A stretch of 64,000 nucleotides of DNA from Eledone cirrhosa (lineage: Eukaryota). The DNA is taken from assembly GCA_964016885.1 (NCBI GenBank), contig OZ024743.1, positions 144,584,001 through 144,648,000 of the forward strand. Direction: 5' to 3'. Of the stretch, positions 58,876 through 64,000 are shown piece by piece. The notes under the pieces were generated by a model, which was not told where the DNA came from, ran no database searches, and saw only the letters and a program-made list of their open reading frames with translations. Every line of letters starts with the position of its first letter. The stretch's first letter is position 1. The position numbers were made by a program, and so were the translations under genes.

Positions 58876-59889
58876 CTAATATAACCTAAACAATATATCA
58901 TTGAATTTTTAGATGGTATGGAATATTTCTAGAACATGTTATACAATTACAAGTTCTTTTCATCACAATATATGATAATATCAATAACTAACCATAGCGG
59001 GATTCGTAGCAATTCCACATTTTATGTTTTCTTTCTTTTTTTATGCAAGACATTGTTTAACCTATTTAAAGTATTTAGGATAACGACGCAGGCAACGGAG
59101 AAAGGTTATTGAAAGTTTTAATATTTAGGTAACTTACAGTTACTTAAGTACTGGTGTTTTCTAGCTGCAATGTGATCCATCGGTTCAACTCCCAACTGAG
59201 ATTGGTTGTTTCTTACAAACTGTAAACGGCACATTGCAATCTTAACGAATGCGTCGACTAAATATTATTGAAAAAGATTTCTTGATCTCTGAATAATATT
59301 GAAACGATATTTGTATGTCAGACTATAACAGAAGGACTCTTGCACAGCCACCTTATTTCAAATATTGATTCATCGTTCTTAAAATGCTACATATCATTAT
59401 CCAAGTTCACCATTGGGAAGTAAAAGATGATAACGAATTGGATCAAGTTAGCAGATTAAATATGATATTGCACTGCTTGACGTCAAAGCCTCGTATGAAG
59501 TGCAATTCATATTTACATAGAACTATATTTTTTCTGAATGTGTCTGCTCCTTCCAATCTACCAAACATATATTTTCATATAGTTCAGCGTTTAGGTTGGG
59601 AAAAACTATAATTTCTTGTTTTGCGTTTATCGCATACCGCAAATATTCTGAAAGATTAGGTATTTCAATCCTGTATTAGCATTAGTAATGTAAAGTTGCC
59701 TTCGGCCTTCTGATAAAGTAAATTTTGTGCCAAATGAATCATAGGAAACTACACAAATATAATTTCGTATATTTGTGCTGAAATATCTCATTATTCACAT
59801 CAAAATAAGGCTACAGAAGAAGAGGTCGCACGTTATCGCTATTGTAACTGTTTAGAGGCTTATTTCTGTATTTAAAAGCAACGTAAGTA

Positions 59890-62180
59890 GCAATCGCGAT
59901 GCGCCGAAAGAGCCTGTCCATCTCATAGTGCTTTATCTGTTGGATGATCATCTCCATCCTGATCGAACTGAAAAAGGAGGTGGTTCGGCGACCCAGGATG
60001 TCAGATGTTTACACCGCTACAGGTCGACTAGACTCCTATCAGAGAGTGACTGGTACCTTGTTAGATTTTGATTCTCAGCCTCTCCAGCGACGAAACCTGG
60101 ATCTGACACCAATTTTATCAGGTCACCGCAGGAGATTTTATCACTGCTGGTTGCATTATTTCCTCCTGACAGAAAGAGTGTGGTGTCGTATGGCTTTTTA
60201 ACCATTTCCCACGGTCTTGCCCCGCCGCTACCAGTTGCCATGGGAAAATAACTGCATCCAAGTCAAGTTTAGCAATGTCGTTGAGAGCAATTAGTGCTGA
60301 GAGGGCCTGCAGGAAATCCAGTAACTATTTTTTCATTTCACTTGATCCGCAAAAGCCGCCATGATAACACAGAACAACATAGCAAACGTATTTGACGCTC
60401 AGGTTTTGCTTAAAAACATCGCACAATTTAAAAGGCGACATAAGATCTCACTGACCTCTTTCACAGATATTGATTCAAAACGTTTTCGCAACCATGCAAA
60501 CGCAAACCACATTAATTGCAATGTTTCAGCAGAGTAAACACCTAGGATGGCACCTCCCTTTATCGCACCACGGAAGTATTGACTGCTCTCTGGCATGAGC
60601 AAACCGAAATACCTGCTGAACATAGACTCATTCCACTCCCAAATTTTAATCAAACCTATGTGGCTTCTGAGGCAAATATTATATCCACAATGAGATCGTT
60701 CCTCACCCGCAGTAGCAAAAGAACCTCTGGACTCCGGTCTAAAAATAATAATGACACGAAATCTTCTTATATAACGGTAGCCAGTAAACATCTGCTCAGT
60801 GCGATTGTATTGCTCAATAACCATATTCATGGTGATCTGAACACCTACGCTTGCGATCTCTTCAGTGAAACTGATTGCTCTTCGAGAGATTCATTGCGAA
60901 ATTCATGTGAGTCCACCGCCTGGGAACTGAGGGAAAAACTAAGCCGAATGCAACTCTGGGATGGTGTCGTATGTGGAGGTGAGAGCGTCGCTGATGTCAC
61001 TAGTCAATTCTTTGAAGACTTCCCACTGCAGCCCAAATTGACAGTCACCCGAAATTTTATTGTTAAGTTTCGCACAAGGAATGCCTTTATTTTAGTTGAG
61101 ACCACTTGCACTGCCTTAATTTTGCCCCATTGCTCTCCTTATTTGGTCGCGAAGCATGCTCCACACCGCCTGTAATATCCTATCATCCACAACTTGCCTA
61201 CAACAAGAGCTACCCTAGACGCTCTGCTCTTTTCATTTGGTATTGTTGGTATCTCACATAGTATCACAACAACCTTCCATGTTTGATACTTTGATGATTT
61301 GATAATTGATGGATATGCTAACACGATCTGCTACGAGATTCATTCTGCATGATGTGTTTTATTGAGGCTGGGATGCGCCATCAACTCATCCAATCTGAAG
61401 TCGTCAATATTAACTATGACACAGGTGGTTCAAACTCAAAGTCGGGAATGTGCGACTGATACTTCACCCAGTGCAAATGACCCCGAAGGAAGACGTCGAC
61501 GTCCGCTTCTTTCCGATTCTTCAGGCTGCTGTCCAACTAACACTAGAACCTACGCTCTGACAGATCGAAACACTCAAGGGCAGACAGCGGTTGATTAAGA
61601 TTCGTCTGACTCTGTTCTTCTTGTAGTACCAACTTGTTATGCCAAAACTGTATACCTTTCGCAGTGCTCTGTGTTACAACCACAGAATCTGCTTCGCCGA
61701 ATTCGAAAATTCTATCCGGTGTGGTGTGGAGGAGATATATAATGTTCTGTCTTGGTAACATCAGATGGCAACAGGCTACTCTCTCTGGTAGATATGCGGC
61801 CTTGGTCTTCGGTCCACCATTACATTAGTATTGCCGGCATTTCTATCGTCACTGACCTCATGTGCAATTATCAAGGAACTTCTCCAATACACCGAATAAC
61901 CTACCACGAATTAAAGCATACGTATCTGGCCTGCACTCGACTCAATTTTTATTCTGGGGATATTTCATCTGTCTCACATGGGATGCCATTCAGACTTGTG
62001 TATCTGTTTAACCATCACCGACTGACATGCTTCAGCTCCGCCTCCCTGCTCCACGGTGGCATTTGGTTGAACACTATACATTCGCAGTCGACTGGTATCA
62101 CACCAGTCCATTCTCACACCACCTCTTGCTCCCTCAGCATGCCACTCTGAACGATATCGTTAAAAGAGGTTTGATCGTAG
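59890..62180. mobile_element. Very degenerate CRE-like remnants (59890-60300 minus; 60560-62180 plus)
   Basis: Minus piece GGARPWEMVKKPYDTTLF...LTRYQSLSDR resembles 57540-57980; plus piece ends with HATLNDIVKRGL. Confidence 0.5.
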
Positions 62181-62279
62181 TAGGCTGCTTAAATGTGCAA
62201 TGAGAATACAATTTGTAGCGCAAAACCCGCGTAAGTCTAAGATAGAAGTATGAAATCAAAATAACATTTGTAATGCAAA

Positions 62280-62470
62280 ATAATTGTTTCTACTTTTGGC
62301 ACAAGGCCAGCAATTACCCAATGCATTACTGGTACTTTATTCTATCGACCCCGGAAGGATGAAAGGCAAAGTTAACCTCGGCGGGATTTGAACTCAGATC
62401 ATACAGGGAGGTAACTCTATGCTTCAAAGCATGGCATCCGATCCTCTACCGATACTGCCAATCCACCGCC
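62280..62470 (-). mobile_element. tRNA-derived SINE
   Basis: Reverse complement of the 11026-11210 family. Confidence 0.82.
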
Positions 62471-62959
62471 TTTGCAAAATAATGCATTACAATGAGTTTC
62501 AAGAATTATTGGAATATATTAGATAAATTAATTATTTCTAACAAAGAATAATGAGCTTAAAATGATATTCGATCCGTTTATATTTTGCATTAAAAAAATA
62601 TATGAAGCTTTTGCTTTCCACCCAAGAAAACACTTGCACCTATATTTTTTTGCTGTTGTTGCTAAGTAAAACACTTTCACCTTGCCCTGTGAAGTACCAT
62701 TTTTAATATCTTGTGAATCTCAAAATATAGTGACACGCAGAATGATATTAAAGATTTCTACCATTGACACAATCCGCTTATTTGTGGAGGAGAGAATACA
62801 GTCGTAATTCAATCACGTAATTAACTGGTGCATGTTTGTCGACAGTTGAATGCTGAAAAGTGAAGTTAGTTTCAGTGGTATTTCGATTTAGATTGTAAAT
62901 AAAAAAGAAAGGAAAATAAGAAAAAATTAAGCAAAGAAAGAAAAGAGGAGAGGAGGGAG

Positions 62960-63600
62960 TGACAAGCCCTACACCCACAGTCTGAGCAGTGTTTCAACTG
63001 CGGATAAAATGGCAAAGGTATTTCCGCGGAGAATGGCCAGTGACACCAGCTGCAGCAGCCATTCTCCCTCACTATATCCCTTCCTTAAGCGAGCTGTTAT
63101 CTTTCCAATTTTACGAAGGAAATAGGCAGTGCGGGACCGAGCACACCTGAGGTTTCGACGGTGACCGATACGAAAATGAAGCGGTCGGTCAAAATCGTGT
63201 ATTTAGTTATCTTCCACTCCTCTGCCTTGCGGACGGCGGCGCCCGGGATTGCGATCGAAGCAACAAGGTTGGAGATGGAGAACGAGTCGCAACACGTCGC
63301 GTCACAGATTAGAAATTTACCTCCCCCAAGTGGGAAGAGAGTTGTTCCATCGGGACGTTTACCATCACCACGGTCGAGGCCAGTTGGCTCTAGTTGTGTC
63401 GGAAAGCACGGCTGCATCGAGGTTCCTTTTGATGATGTCGTTCAGAGCGGCATGTCGGGGAAACCGGCTTGTGCTATGGCGGCATGATAGCAGGTGCAGA
63501 CCGAACTCGCCAACAACAGCTCCACAACGGAATCTATGGGGCTCACACACGCGGTGGAGGCTGAGGCATGGGGCCACTCCTGGCGCTACTAGATAGCAAC
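62960..63600 (-). mobile_element. CRE-like non-LTR retrotransposon 3' end
   Basis: CEPHRFRCG...GLHLLSC...RHAALNDIIKR, EPTGLDRGDGKRPDGTT, VETSGVLG. Confidence 0.8.
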
Positions 63601-63645
63601 ATATAATCATTCGTTCCCCTTATTTTCCTCATCCACTATCCTTTT

Positions 63646-63691
63646 CGTAGTAGTAGCAGTAGCCGCAATCATCGTCGTCGTCGTCGTCGTA

Positions 63692-63761
<70 letters not shown>

Positions 63762-63768
63762 TAGTAGT

Positions 63769-63856
<88 letters not shown>
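63646..63856. repeat. Compound trinucleotide microsatellite (TAG)n/(CAG)n/(TCG)n
   Basis: Direct inspection. Confidence 0.95.
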
Positions 63857-64000
63857 ACAAATTCTTATTTTTCTTTGCATTCATTGTTTTTTTTTAATAT
63901 TTCGTTTCAGTTACCAGTGCAATACTTCTGGGATCCAGTGTAGTTTTATGTGAGTAAGATTAAATATATTTAAAGAAATCTAATTTACTTTTAATTTTCT

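Overview
AT-rich, microsatellite-dense eukaryotic DNA. The SINEs and the (TA)n/(CA)n/(TATG)n load suggest a cephalopod such as Octopus, which is an inference. One spliced host gene is visible on the + strand (2640 to about 44450; its 5' end lies upstream of the window). It has 12 coding exons with consistent splice phases and encodes a probably extracellular zonadhesin/FCGBP-like protein: 5 near-identical EGF exons, then VWD, C8, TIL, TILa/EGF and two PAN/apple domains. The ORF track misses most of it. Introns and the downstream region hold Penelope-like elements, R4/Dong-like and CRE-like RLE retrotransposons, RTE and CR1/jockey remnants, mini-mariners and tRNA-derived SINEs. The most notable non-coding signal is a dense set of type I hammerhead-ribozyme motifs from several unrelated short repeat families. 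Many sit in fold-back (inverted) units inserted in (TA)n tracts, resembling Penelope pLTRs or retrozymes. Also notable are an R4-like family that seems to target (CATA)n and ongoing EGF-exon tandem duplication. All calls come from reading the sequence by eye; repeat boundaries are approximate.
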